Position numbers and translations under genes: made by a program
In this document: one piece after another, positions 38,828 to 48,600 of the stretch
Numbering within the stretch: the stretch's first letter is position 1
Layout: each line of letters starts with the position of its first letter
Source: a virus
Virus record (IMG/VR): IMGVR_UViG_3300045998_000148
Location: 35,878-99,877 of that record
Strand: one strand, 5' to 3'
Length of the DNA: 64,000 bases
The notes under the pieces: generated by a model
Database searches by the model: none
The model's input: only the letters and a program-made list of their open reading frames with translations
Told to the model about the DNA's origin: nothing

Positions 38828-38910
38828 ACACCCCCCCCGATCGAGTGAGTAGGGGGCATTAGTGACAGCTAGCCTACAGGCGATCGCCCATTGCGGGCGG
38901 TCGTTTTTTT

Positions 38911-38956
38911 TGCCGCTTCTATTTTTGTTGACCTATACCGATTAATCAGGTATATT
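38911..38956 (+). promoter_or_regulatory. Cassette upstream element G: TTGACC-N17-TATATT
   Basis: Same leader; TATACC-N9-GGTATA. Confidence 0.7.
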
Positions 38957-38976
38957 GACTCTAGTTGTTTATTTAG

Positions 38977-39333
38977 GTGGTTTCAATGCGCGATCGAGGA
39001 GAGCTTATCGCTTTGCTGAAAGCCCTAGATCTGGAATTTGCCAGACTGGGGATCTCTGTCGATGACGATCCCTATAACGGGATCATGGCGGGATTGGCCC
39101 ATGAAGAGGGCGATCGAGAAGAGGGCGAGGAGATCCCCCCGATTGTAAATCTAGCTGCGCTTTCAGCGCTTGTAACGCTTTTTGACGATCGTGCGAGCGG
39201 CGATTACTATGGAATGCCGTTACTAAATTTTTTAAAAACCCTGCAACCGGAGGAGATAACGCTAGAAAGGGATAGCGAGACTATAGTTAAAAACAATTTC
39301 TGGCAGCTTATCAGTCAATTTGAAGCACGATAA
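38977..39333 (+). CDS. Cassette gene G, acidic hypothetical protein
   Basis: ORF between promoter element and terminator. Confidence 0.7.
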   Translation: MVSMRDRGELIALLKALDLEFARLGISVDDDPYNGIMAGLAHEEGDREEGEEIPPIVNLAALSALVTLFDDRASGDYYGMPLLNFLKTLQPEEITLERDSETIVKNNFWQLISQFEAR

Positions 39334-39384
39334 CAAAAAAAATACATAGATCGGCGATCGCCCATTGCGGGCGGTCGTTTTTTT

Positions 39385-39431
39385 TGCCGCTTCTTTTTTT
39401 TGTTGACGAGCATCAATTAAAACGGTATAAT
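39385..39431 (+). promoter_or_regulatory. Cassette upstream element H: TTGACG-N17-TATAAT
   Basis: Same leader. Confidence 0.7.
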
Positions 39432-39464
39432 GGGGGCATAGCTGAATTAATCGGAGCTAATACC

Positions 39465-39671
39465 GTGAATTTACCAGATAATGAAATATATCAAATTTAT
39501 ATCGGGGGAATAGATCCCCGTGATTTTGTCGGCAATTGCGAAACGACAGAGCAGGCGGTCAGCGATTTTATTGATAATTGGCCGTGGGGGGGAGAGCCGA
39601 TCCCCTCTGGGTTAGCCGATACTCTCGTGAGATATATCGATAGACAGATTGAATATTATCGAGGACTGTAA
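39465..39671 (+). CDS. Cassette gene H, small acidic protein
   Basis: GTG start after GGAG RBS, downstream of promoter H. Confidence 0.6.
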   Translation: MNLPDNEIYQIYIGGIDPRDFVGNCETTEQAVSDFIDNWPWGGEPIPSGLADTLVRYIDRQIEYYRGL

Positions 39672-39673
39672 TC

Positions 39674-39979
39674 ATGGCGGAAAAATACGGATCGAAATTT
39701 ACCGATCTCCTTTTTTACATAGCTTGGATAGTAGACGATTCCGGCAATGGAAGGCGATCTGGATCGGACGCCTGCCAGGAAGTAGATAGCAGCACTGTTT
39801 TAGTGTGCTATCAAAGCGGGTTTGAGCCTTCCATAGTAGCCGTTAAAGGCTTTTTTGAGGACGATCCCGATCAATTGTCAGACTCCGAAGCTGAGGAGTT
39901 AGCGCAAGAGTACCTTTTGGCGATTGGTTGGCTAACAGAGCCAAAAGCCTGCGATAGCATAATCCGATCGTATGAGTAG
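39674..39979 (+). CDS. Cassette gene I, small acidic protein
   Basis: GAGG RBS, 2 nt after the gene H stop. Confidence 0.7.
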   Translation: MAEKYGSKFTDLLFYIAWIVDDSGNGRRSGSDACQEVDSSTVLVCYQSGFEPSIVAVKGFFEDDPDQLSDSEAEELAQEYLLAIGWLTEPKACDSIIRSYE

Positions 39980-40180
39980 GGGGCATTAGTGACAGCCAAC
40001 CTACAGGCGATCGCCCATTGCGGGCGGTCGTTTTTTATTGGCTACAGGCTAGCCGCGATCGTCCGCCTCTCTAGTGCCAATGATACCGCAAAAGGAAAGA
40101 CGCAAACGCCTTTATTCACGGGCATCGAGCGGCAATCATACCGATTTAAAAAAATAAAATTAGAATGCTCCTAAAATTTA

Positions 40181-40209
40181 TTGACAAAAAAAAAGAACGC
40201 CCCTATAAT
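40181..40209 (+). promoter_or_regulatory. Consensus sigma70 promoter TTGACA-N17-TATAAT with a poly-A spacer
   Basis: Exact consensus hexamers; ATACC-N9-GGTGC just downstream. Confidence 0.8.
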
Positions 40210-40259
40210 TCTATTATACCTTTTTAAAAGGTGCTTAAAAGCCAGCAGGAGAGTAAAAA

Positions 40260-40439
40260 ATGCTCACGCGCTATAGGGGCGTTGCGATTGTCGCCCGTCC
40301 CGAGTCGCCCCCAGTCGGGCGGTTAATTTGGCAAGTAGAGGCGATCGGTGGCTCTTGCGAGGGCTTTTGCTCTCTCGAAGCGGCGATCGCCGAGATCGAA
40401 AAAATAAATCAATCTAAAACAATAGGAGTAACGCAATGA
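40260..40439 (+). CDS. Small ORF (59 aa) not in the ORF track
   Basis: AGGAG RBS; MLTRYRGVAIV...; stop overlaps the next ATG. Confidence 0.55.
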   Translation: MLTRYRGVAIVARPESPPVGRLIWQVEAIGGSCEGFCSLEAAIAEIEKINQSKTIGVTQ

Positions 40440-41605
40440 CACCAGCAAAACGCCTAGAAATTTTTCAGCGCTTGGGTCTAACTGAGCCAGCGCCCGCGCC
40501 GGAACCCGCGCCGGAACCCGCGCCGGAACCCGCGCCGGAACCCGCGCCGGAACCCGCGCCGCTTGTCGGCTTGCGGGAATCGGCTAAAATCAATTGCCAA
40601 AAGCGGCGAGATACCGCGTCTTTAACAAAAATCAAAGATGAAACGCTTTATTTGGTTAAAGTCAGCGTAATTGCGGGGGGCCGCCTCAGCAAGGCGTTAG
40701 AAGAAAAAGACCAGTCCGAGTGGGACGCTATCGATAAATCCATAGGAAAGCGCTCTCTTCCCTATCTGGATTTTTATAAAAAAGGGTTAAAGCGGCTTAC
40801 TAGCCGCGTGTCTAACCTATATCAAAAATATGGAGTAAGGATAGGCGAGGACTGGTATTTCTATGAATCCTCGCTAGAGGAGTTCTATCGAGAATACAAA
40901 GACATCCTCGAAAATAGCGAAGGACGGCCTTGCTTGTCCGATCTCCTCGCTCAGATCGAAGAAGACTATGAGAGCGATCGCGATAAATATTTGCTCTCGT
41001 TACGGCTTTTTTATGCCCATCAATATCCCGACAGTATAGAACGCCAAGAAGAGGCGATCGCCTATTACCTGGCTAGCTTTCCCGACAAAAGCGATCTGCT
41101 GATTCGCACGCGGGTTGAGATTTCGACCTTTATCGAGATCCCCTCGCTGAGGGCACAGCTTAGGGAAGATGCAGCGACCGCGATCGCCCTCGATTCCCTT
41201 GAAGAGGCTTCAATTAAAGAACAAGCTCGCCAACAATGGCGGCAATTCTACAGGCAGCAGCTTTCAGAAGCTCAGGGTCGAATCCGGCAAGAGTTTTTAG
41301 ATTTAATTATCGAAAACATCGAGCAGATCGAATCTATTGCGCTCGGCGATCGCCGCCTAACCGCCAAGCGTAAAGCCAGCGTAGCGGAATCGACCGAACG
41401 CATGATGCGCTTAATCGATTTTGATGGCGATCTGGGTGCAATTGCAGGTGACTTGACGACGTTTAATAACGCCGTACAGGGCGGACGGTCGCCCGAGCAA
41501 TTAAAAGCGGCAATCGAGGGAATCCGGCAATCGCTGAGGCTTAACCCCGAGATTGCAGAAATTAACGGGGTAGGGCATGAGGCGATTGCGGAATTCATGC
41601 TGTAA
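40436..41605 (+). CDS. Coiled-coil protein with PAPE repeats (position typical of DUF3150-like partners of AAA modules)
   Basis: Helical composition and gene context. Confidence 0.55.
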   Translation: MTPAKRLEIFQRLGLTEPAPAPEPAPEPAPEPAPEPAPEPAPLVGLRESAKINCQKRRDTASLTKIKDETLYLVKVSVIAGGRLSKALEEKDQSEWDAIDKSIGKRSLPYLDFYKKGLKRLTSRVSNLYQKYGVRIGEDWYFYESSLEEFYREYKDILENSEGRPCLSDLLAQIEEDYESDRDKYLLSLRLFYAHQYPDSIERQEEAIAYYLASFPDKSDLLIRTRVEISTFIEIPSLRAQLREDAATAIALDSLEEASIKEQARQQWRQFYRQQLSEAQGRIRQEFLDLIIENIEQIESIALGDRRLTAKRKASVAESTERMMRLIDFDGDLGAIAGDLTTFNNAVQGGRSPEQLKAAIEGIRQSLRLNPEIAEINGVGHEAIAEFML

Positions 41606-41653
41606 TCAATGACAGACACAAACACAAACACAAACACAAACAGGTAAAAAAAA

Positions 41654-42058
41654 ATGTCACACTTTGCCGCCGTACAAACTAAAATTGACGATCTGCTCAT
41701 TTTGGCGATCGCCCTTAAAGACTGGAGAAATTGGGATCTAATCCTTCCTAACAGTCCCTATCAGTTAAAAGGCTACTATGCTGGCTTGCAATCTGGAGAT
41801 TTTAAGGCGATCGCCTATGTTTCACATCTTCAGATGGGGCTAAAGGCCGATCTGGGCTTTATTCGCTCAGAGAATGCGACGGCTTATCAAGCCGTTTGTG
41901 ACGAGTATGAGTTAGGCCGGGAATTTAGCCGAGAGTTAGCCGTCCGATATAGTTTAGCGTGCCTGAAAAAGCTCGCCCAAGAGCAAAACGCCCACTTTAC
42001 CTATACGGTCAAAGACAGCGGATCGATTGAAGGCGAGATCGTTGCCAGTCTCTACTAA
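41654..42058 (+). CDS. DUF1257 / Ycf35-like protein
   Basis: MSHF..VQTKI.D...L..AL, DLGF..., Y...D.Y motifs. Confidence 0.75.
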   Translation: MSHFAAVQTKIDDLLILAIALKDWRNWDLILPNSPYQLKGYYAGLQSGDFKAIAYVSHLQMGLKADLGFIRSENATAYQAVCDEYELGREFSRELAVRYSLACLKKLAQEQNAHFTYTVKDSGSIEGEIVASLY

Positions 42059-42099
42059 ACGCAAAACAGGAGCAAGTAAGGAAATAAGGAAATAAGGAA

Positions 42100-42288
42100 A
42101 TGCAGAAAAAAATGAGGTTTATCATAACCCCCGAAGGTGAGATCACCTATGAGATGGAAGGGTTCACAGGGCAAGACTGTATCGACTTTACGGCCAACCT
42201 CGATCGGTTGGGAACCGTCACGAGGACGGTAACACAAGCCTTCTATGAACAGAAAACAGAAACGGACATCGAGGGGAGTATCGGCTGA
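42100..42288 (+). CDS. DUF2997 protein
   Basis: FIITPEG.I..E.EGF.G..C...T..L..LG.V...T..FY. Confidence 0.8.
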   Translation: MQKKMRFIITPEGEITYEMEGFTGQDCIDFTANLDRLGTVTRTVTQAFYEQKTETDIEGSIG

Positions 42289-43859
42289 TGTGTATCTATA
42301 CCCGGATCTTAGATTATTTTGCGGGGGCGCTTCCCGCCGTCGCAATTGCCACGCCCTCAGTAGAACATCTCCCGGCGATTGAGTCGATCGTCAAGGCGTT
42401 ATCGACTCACGATCGACTATCAACATATCCCGTCTATCTCTGGAATCTCGCCGAATTTAAGCGGGTTCATCGGGCGGATCAAGGCGGCTTGATTTTTCAG
42501 GAGTCAGATATTGATATTCCGCCGGGGGAAGTTCCCCTCACAATCCTTAAAGCGATCGATGAGTATCGCGGTGAAGCGATTTTTATCTTGCAAGATCTCG
42601 AAACCTTGCTGACTGGCAAAAACCGCAATCCTCGCGTCTTGCGACTCTTCAAGCAAGTTGTCGAGAGACTGAAGCGATCGCCAAATCGGGCGATCCTACT
42701 TTGTGACCGTTTCGATCTCCCTCAAGATCTCGAAGGGATCGTCTATACGTTTACCGATCGTTTGCCCGATTATGAGGGCGTTACGGCGGCGATATCCGAG
42801 CAGCTTGCCGATCTCAGATCAGCAGGCCGAACGGTAGACATAGGCAGGGATTCGATCCCCCTTCCCCTAATCCGAGCTTGTCAGGGATTGACAAAAACCG
42901 AGATCAAAGACGCGATCCGGTTGGGGACGATCGTTAATGGCGGCATTGCCAGCGAAGCGATCGCCTCTACTATACAGACAAAAAAAATCGAGAAATTAGA
43001 GCGCTTGGGCTTGAGTTTTGCCGCCCCCGCCCCCGTTGCGGTCGGAGGACTCGATCCCCTTAAACAATGGATAGAGGAAGCGGGAAAGCTATTTAATAGC
43101 CGAGATCCCAACCTCCCCAGTCCGAAGGGGGTTGCCCTAGTCGGCTTGCCCGGATGCGGCAAATCCTTGATCGCTAAAACCTTTAGCTCCCTATGGAATA
43201 TCCCCTGTTTGAGTTTCAATCTGGGAAGCGTTCTAGGATCGCTAGTCGGTCAGAGTGAATCTCAAATGCAGCATATTTTAGAGATAACAGAAAGCGTTGC
43301 CCCTATCGTATTGTTTATCGATGAACTGGAAAAAGCCTTTTCTGGGGTGACGACTGAAAACGATGGGGGCGTTTCTCGGCGGATCTTTGGGATGTTTCTA
43401 TCTTGGCTACAGGATCGGAAGCCGGGGGTTTTTGTAGTCGGTACGGCTAACAATATACGGGGATTGCCCCCTGAATTTCTGAGAAAAGGGCGATGGGATG
43501 AGATTTTTTTCGTAGATCTCCCCACTACCGCTGAAAGAGTTGAGATCTTGCGCTCTCAATTGATGCGTTTCAAGGTAGAATTACCGGAAGGGGCGATCGC
43601 CCAGATAGCCAAGAGTACCCCAAACTATTCAGGGGCGGATCTTGAGGCAATTGTCAGTGAAGCGATCAAACTTTCCTTTTTTAACGGGTGCTATCCCGCC
43701 ATTAAGCCAGTCCATTTTAAAAGCGCGATCGCCGCGTCTCGCCAATCGGTTCCCGCCGAGACTGTCGCCGATTTGCGTAGGTGGGCTAGCACTTCCGCAA
43801 GATTGGCGAATACCCCCGACCTTGAAAAAAATGGGCGGTCTAATGTTCACATGATCTAA
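42288..43859 (+). CDS. AAA+ ATPase, Ycf46-like
   Basis: VGGLD.LK.W, GLPGCGKS, LFIDELEKAF, TANN...LPPEFLRKGRWDEIFFVDLP. Confidence 0.9.
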   Translation: MCIYTRILDYFAGALPAVAIATPSVEHLPAIESIVKALSTHDRLSTYPVYLWNLAEFKRVHRADQGGLIFQESDIDIPPGEVPLTILKAIDEYRGEAIFILQDLETLLTGKNRNPRVLRLFKQVVERLKRSPNRAILLCDRFDLPQDLEGIVYTFTDRLPDYEGVTAAISEQLADLRSAGRTVDIGRDSIPLPLIRACQGLTKTEIKDAIRLGTIVNGGIASEAIASTIQTKKIEKLERLGLSFAAPAPVAVGGLDPLKQWIEEAGKLFNSRDPNLPSPKGVALVGLPGCGKSLIAKTFSSLWNIPCLSFNLGSVLGSLVGQSESQMQHILEITESVAPIVLFIDELEKAFSGVTTENDGGVSRRIFGMFLSWLQDRKPGVFVVGTANNIRGLPPEFLRKGRWDEIFFVDLPTTAERVEILRSQLMRFKVELPEGAIAQIAKSTPNYSGADLEAIVSEAIKLSFFNGCYPAIKPVHFKSAIAASRQSVPAETVADLRRWASTSARLANTPDLEKNGRSNVHMI

Positions 43860-43868
43860 TTTCGATTG

Positions 43869-43902
43869 ACCCCGCTCCCGCCATAATATCGAGCGGGGTT
43901 TT
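43869..43902 (+). terminator. Intrinsic terminator
   Basis: ACCCCGCTC...GAGCGGGGT followed by Ts, just after the ATPase stop. Confidence 0.55.
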
Positions 43903-43952
43903 CTGCAATTTTTTTGAATTTATACTTTTTATCTTCATTGAGGTTTGTTTTT

Positions 43953-45536
43953 ATGGTTGTCACGACTGATTTTTATGGCGATTATCAAAAACCCCAACAA
44001 GCCGCCCCTCTTGGCGATGGGAATGGCGAGGGGGTGGCGGCAAACGCGATCGCCCTCTTTAATCAAGCGGCGGCACTAACCCCCGCTCAATGGCAGGAGT
44101 TTTTGGGCGATCCAGAAAATAGTAACGCCATCGGTCAGATATTCAATACCCCCGATCGACTGGATACAAAAGGCCGAATACAATTCAGCCAAAAGGAAAT
44201 TGCGGCAATTTCAACTATCTTTAAGGGTTGGATTGCTACCAATCAAAATTTTATTGCTACAGGTGAAGCCGGGGATAGCTGGCAAGATCTTTTCCTCGCG
44301 ATGGAATGCGAGGGGCCAGACAGCCTTTTTGTGATGTATTGCGAGCTTTACAACGATCTGCAAAATGCCGACAATGCCGCCACTTCTACCGAGTTAGAGC
44401 GAGCGATCGCCTACATTCTCGACACTTGCGAGCAGGCGATCGAGAGTGTATCGGGCGGCGGCGATAGCGGTTGGGATACCTGGGAAGATTTAGAAAAATT
44501 CCCTAGCTTAGAGAATGCGGGCAAGCCAAGCATTGAAGATGTGCCAATTCCAGAAGAACCGATCGATCGCGGCTTTCTCGATGATTGGGACGATCGGGAA
44601 TGGCAAGCCGAACCGGAACCGGAACCCGAACCCGAACCCGAACCCGAACCCGTGCCGGAACCCAAACCCGTATCGAGAGCTAAGCCCAAGCCCAAACCGG
44701 AACCCGAACCCGAACCCGTGCCGGAACTCAAACCCGTATCGAAAATCAAGCCGGAACCCGAACCCGAACCCGAACCCGTGCCGGAACTCAAGCCGGAACC
44801 CGAACCCGAACCCATCTCGAAAATCAAGCCGGAACCCGTGCCGGAACTCAGGGCGGCAACCTGCAATCGCACGCTATCGATCGCGGTAGAGGTTGAGATT
44901 GAAGTAACGATCGATCCGGCCATCCCGGAAGCCGTTTCTTCATACCTGCAATCTCAAGCCGCAACGGGCGATCCATCGGCGATCGCGGCTTTACAGGCCA
45001 TTTCTACAGAAACCTGCAACCTCGACAAGGCGATCGCGGCATTGCGGGAAAAAGTCGCCGATGCTCTCGCAAGTCGGCAATTATCCGAACCCGCGCCGGA
45101 ACCCAAGCCGGAACTCAAGCCGGAACTCAAGCCGGAACTCAAGCCGGAACCCAAGCCGGAACTCAAGCCGGAACCAGCGCCGGAACTCAAGCCGGAACCC
45201 GCGCCGGAACCGTCAAAAGGCAGCGATGCAAAAAAAAAGCTGAAATTAGCAACCGCCAATAGGCAAAAGCTATCAGAATTTAGCGATCGCCTAAAAAGGA
45301 TGGAGTCGGCAATCGCCGAGACGGGTAAGCAAGGCTACCGCGCCAATGAGCAGCTAGTCGGCGATATCACTCAATCTCAATTTAATGAGGTTAATAAAAT
45401 TGCGGCGATCTTTAATGCCTGTCCCAAAGTCCGACAGGCGGTTGAAATGGGCGAAATATCCATGCGATCGGTCATTCGATTGCGGGGGCCAGTCTCTAAA
45501 ATGACTCCGGCGGAAATTGAGAGGTTACTGCTTTGA
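43953..45536 (+). CDS. Hypothetical protein with long Pro-Glu/PELK repeats
   Basis: GAGG RBS; two low-complexity repeat tracts. Confidence 0.65.
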   Translation: MVVTTDFYGDYQKPQQAAPLGDGNGEGVAANAIALFNQAAALTPAQWQEFLGDPENSNAIGQIFNTPDRLDTKGRIQFSQKEIAAISTIFKGWIATNQNFIATGEAGDSWQDLFLAMECEGPDSLFVMYCELYNDLQNADNAATSTELERAIAYILDTCEQAIESVSGGGDSGWDTWEDLEKFPSLENAGKPSIEDVPIPEEPIDRGFLDDWDDREWQAEPEPEPEPEPEPEPVPEPKPVSRAKPKPKPEPEPEPVPELKPVSKIKPEPEPEPEPVPELKPEPEPEPISKIKPEPVPELRAATCNRTLSIAVEVEIEVTIDPAIPEAVSSYLQSQAATGDPSAIAALQAISTETCNLDKAIAALREKVADALASRQLSEPAPEPKPELKPELKPELKPEPKPELKPEPAPELKPEPAPEPSKGSDAKKKLKLATANRQKLSEFSDRLKRMESAIAETGKQGYRANEQLVGDITQSQFNEVNKIAAIFNACPKVRQAVEMGEISMRSVIRLRGPVSKMTPAEIERLLL

Positions 45537-45694
45537 CTTGAGGCGATCGGATGGCGATCGCCTTCCCCATTCATTCAGCCAGTGCCGCCAGAGCTTTCCC
45601 GCCTTTGGCGGTTCGGGCAAGATGCCAGCAACAAGATCGCTTTTGCTTCCGCTTTTGCTTCCGCCTTCAAAAAAATTACCGAGAAAAATTTGTC

Positions 45695-48600
45695 ATGTCT
45701 AAAAAAGCAATTACGGGCGCGATCGCCGCGATTTCGTCTTTAAAGTCCGAGCGCCCCGATCCGGGTTGCCTCATGCAGTTCCAAGGATGGGGCAACTGTA
45801 AAGCCCTTTTCGCAGGCGATAGCACGAGCGAGATCGCCCAATACCTGTTAGACGTGCCAGCTAACGCGCCAAATAAAAAGGATTGGCTGTTAGAGGCAAG
45901 GCGGCAACTTCGAGACTTGCTGACCCCTGCGGAGTGGCAGCAAGCGAGGGGATCGGCGCTGACTAGCTACTTCACCCCACCCCATTTAATTGATGCCCTT
46001 TGGAAGGCGGTTCGGCAGATCGGCTTTGATTTTGGCAGGGTTTTAGAGCCGGGATGCGGGCGCGGCGATTTTATCGCAAGATCGAATCTCGCGCAGCAGT
46101 CTTTCTTCGGGATCGAATCCGACCCCATTACGGCGGCGATCGCCCAAGCGCTCAATCCGAATGCCGCCATCTACAATAAAACGCTCGAAGGCGTCGATTT
46201 TCCCGATGGCTATTTTGACCTGGCGATCGGCAACGTCCCCTTTGGTTCTTATCGGGCGACCGATCCGCGCTATGCTCAACTCGGCGGCAACATACACGAG
46301 TATTTTCTCGCCAAGTCGCTCGATTTGGTACGCCAGGGGGGGATCGTCGCACTGATCGTACCCGTTTCCCTCTTCCAGCGAAAAAATCCATCTTTTCGCC
46401 GCTATGTCGGCGGCTACGAAGATCGGGTGCAAGTCTCTATTGCCAAAAAGGAACGAGATCGCCTGCGCCAAGAGGCCAAAAGGTCGGGCATGGACTCTAA
46501 GACCTCCATCCCAAGCTACAAATACGAGCGCTTCCGCTACGGCGGGATCGCCAAATTGGTAGAGGTAATCTGGCTGCCAGACAGCACTTTTGAGGGGACG
46601 CAAGCCCAGGCCGCGATCGCCGTCTTTCAAAAGAACAGACAAGGCGACTTTAAGCCCTGGACGGAAACGACCGAATTTTCCATAAACTTTGCCGCCTTCG
46701 AGCGCGATCGCGCACCCCAAACGGTGCGAGTCAACCGTTTTTTTGAAAGGGAGCTGCGCCTGCGGCAGGTGGACGGCATAAATCGACTTGTCAATGCAAG
46801 CAGCGATCCGATGTTCGATGACCCGCCCCGCTTTTTGGGCAGTCCCGATATCAACCCGCTTTACGGCGAAGGGCTGAGTTGCGCCGATAGCGGGCGCGAT
46901 ATCGCCGCCGATATTGCAGCTATTTTTAAATGGACGCCGAAGGTTTACGGCCAACCCATCGATCGGATATTCGACGGCCAAATCCTATCGCCGGAGATGC
47001 AGGATCTCCGAGAGGGAGAGTTTGTCTTTCATGAAGGCCGCCATTACTTCAGGAAAGAAGCACTCTTAAAACCCGTCCCGACAGTGACAGAGTTTGTCTA
47101 TCGCGGCAAGAAATACACGATCGACCGGACGGGCGACCGCATCGCCGATTTTATTCGACTTGCCAGCGCGACCGAACGGCTGGCACGGGCGCAGTCCGAC
47201 CCCGCGCCGATCGCGCCGCTACAGACCGTCTGCCGCATTTTTTATGCTACTTTTGTCCGGCGTTGGGGGCATTTCAAGCAAAAGGGCTTCAATGCTAACG
47301 AGGTGCTACTATCGGGCGACCCGCGCTATGCGCTGACAGCCGAACTCGAACGCTGGGACGGCGATCGCGTCGTGCCGTCGCCCATCCTGACCGAGCGCAT
47401 CGGGCGCGTTTACGGCGAACCGGAAACCTGCGACAATCCCCGCGATGCCATTATCGCCAGCTTGAATCGATTCGGACGCATCGATATAAATTACGTCGCT
47501 CGATTGCTTGGCGATACCGTCGAGCGCCTGTCTGAATACCTCGCTCACAAACAACTTGCCTTTTTCGACCCCGACAAGGGCGACTGGGCCTTTTGTGACG
47601 AATACCTCTCCGGCAACCTGCGGGAGAAGATCGCATCGGCACTCTCTCATTCCGGTTCCCTCGACCTGGCTGCCAATATTAAAGCCCTGCGGTCGGCACT
47701 GCCCAAGCCGATCTTGCCTCGCACCCCCGACCGCGAGCTAGCGATCGAGTGTTTGGAAGATCTCGACATTCCCGTAGCGGAATTAGACGAGCGCGAGCTA
47801 TCGGAATACCTCGATCGCCGATTTACGGTCGAGCTTGGCGCAACCTGGATTGCGCCGGAAGTTTACGCCCGTTTTGCCCGCGAGCGATTGGAAATAAAAA
47901 TTATCGAGGTGAGCTACTTGCCGCCGATTGCTACTTTTTTCGTTTCCGGCGATAGCCGCGACCGCTCGCAATGGGGGACGGAAGACATGACTTCCCTTCA
48001 AGTTTACGATTGCGCCTTAAATTTAAAGCGCCCCCGCATTGTCAGGCGGAATGCCGATGGCAGCTTTGACTACCACAATTCCGAGCTGGCAACCCGCATG
48101 GTTGTTGCCAAAATAGAGGACATGAACCGCGATTTTGTCGATTGGATTTGGAGCGATCGCAAGCGCACGATCGAGGTTTCCACCCTCTACAACCTCAATA
48201 TAAATTCCTGTATGCCGCGTCAATTTACAGGAGATTGGTTGGAGTTGCCCGGACTCAACCCCGCCATCGAACTCTATCCCTGGCAGCAGCGCGGCATCGC
48301 TCGAATCCTGCAATCTCAATCTACTTTTTTGAGCTGGTGTGTTGGGGCGGGCAAGACTTTGGCGCTGATTGTCGCCGCCGAAGAAATGCTGCGGCTAGAC
48401 ATGGCTCGCCGCCCTATCGTCGTCGTGTTAAATGGAACGGAAGGGCAGTTTTTAAACGAGTGGAAGGTAGCCTATCCCGCTTCTAACGTCGCACTATGCC
48501 CTCGCGCCAAAAAAGACCGCACTTCTTTTTTAGCTTCTCTGCCGCACCGTACCAAGGGGGCAATCGTCATGACTCACTCGCAATTTTTCATGCTCCGAGT

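Noticed and set aside
34091-40210. Classical integron
   Set aside because: No IntI or other tyrosine recombinase in the window, no consistent RYYYAAC/GTTRRRY attC ends noticed, and every cassette has its own promoter
44411-45259. Minus-strand Gly/Ser-rich ORFs
   Set aside because: Antisense shadows of the Pro-Glu repeats
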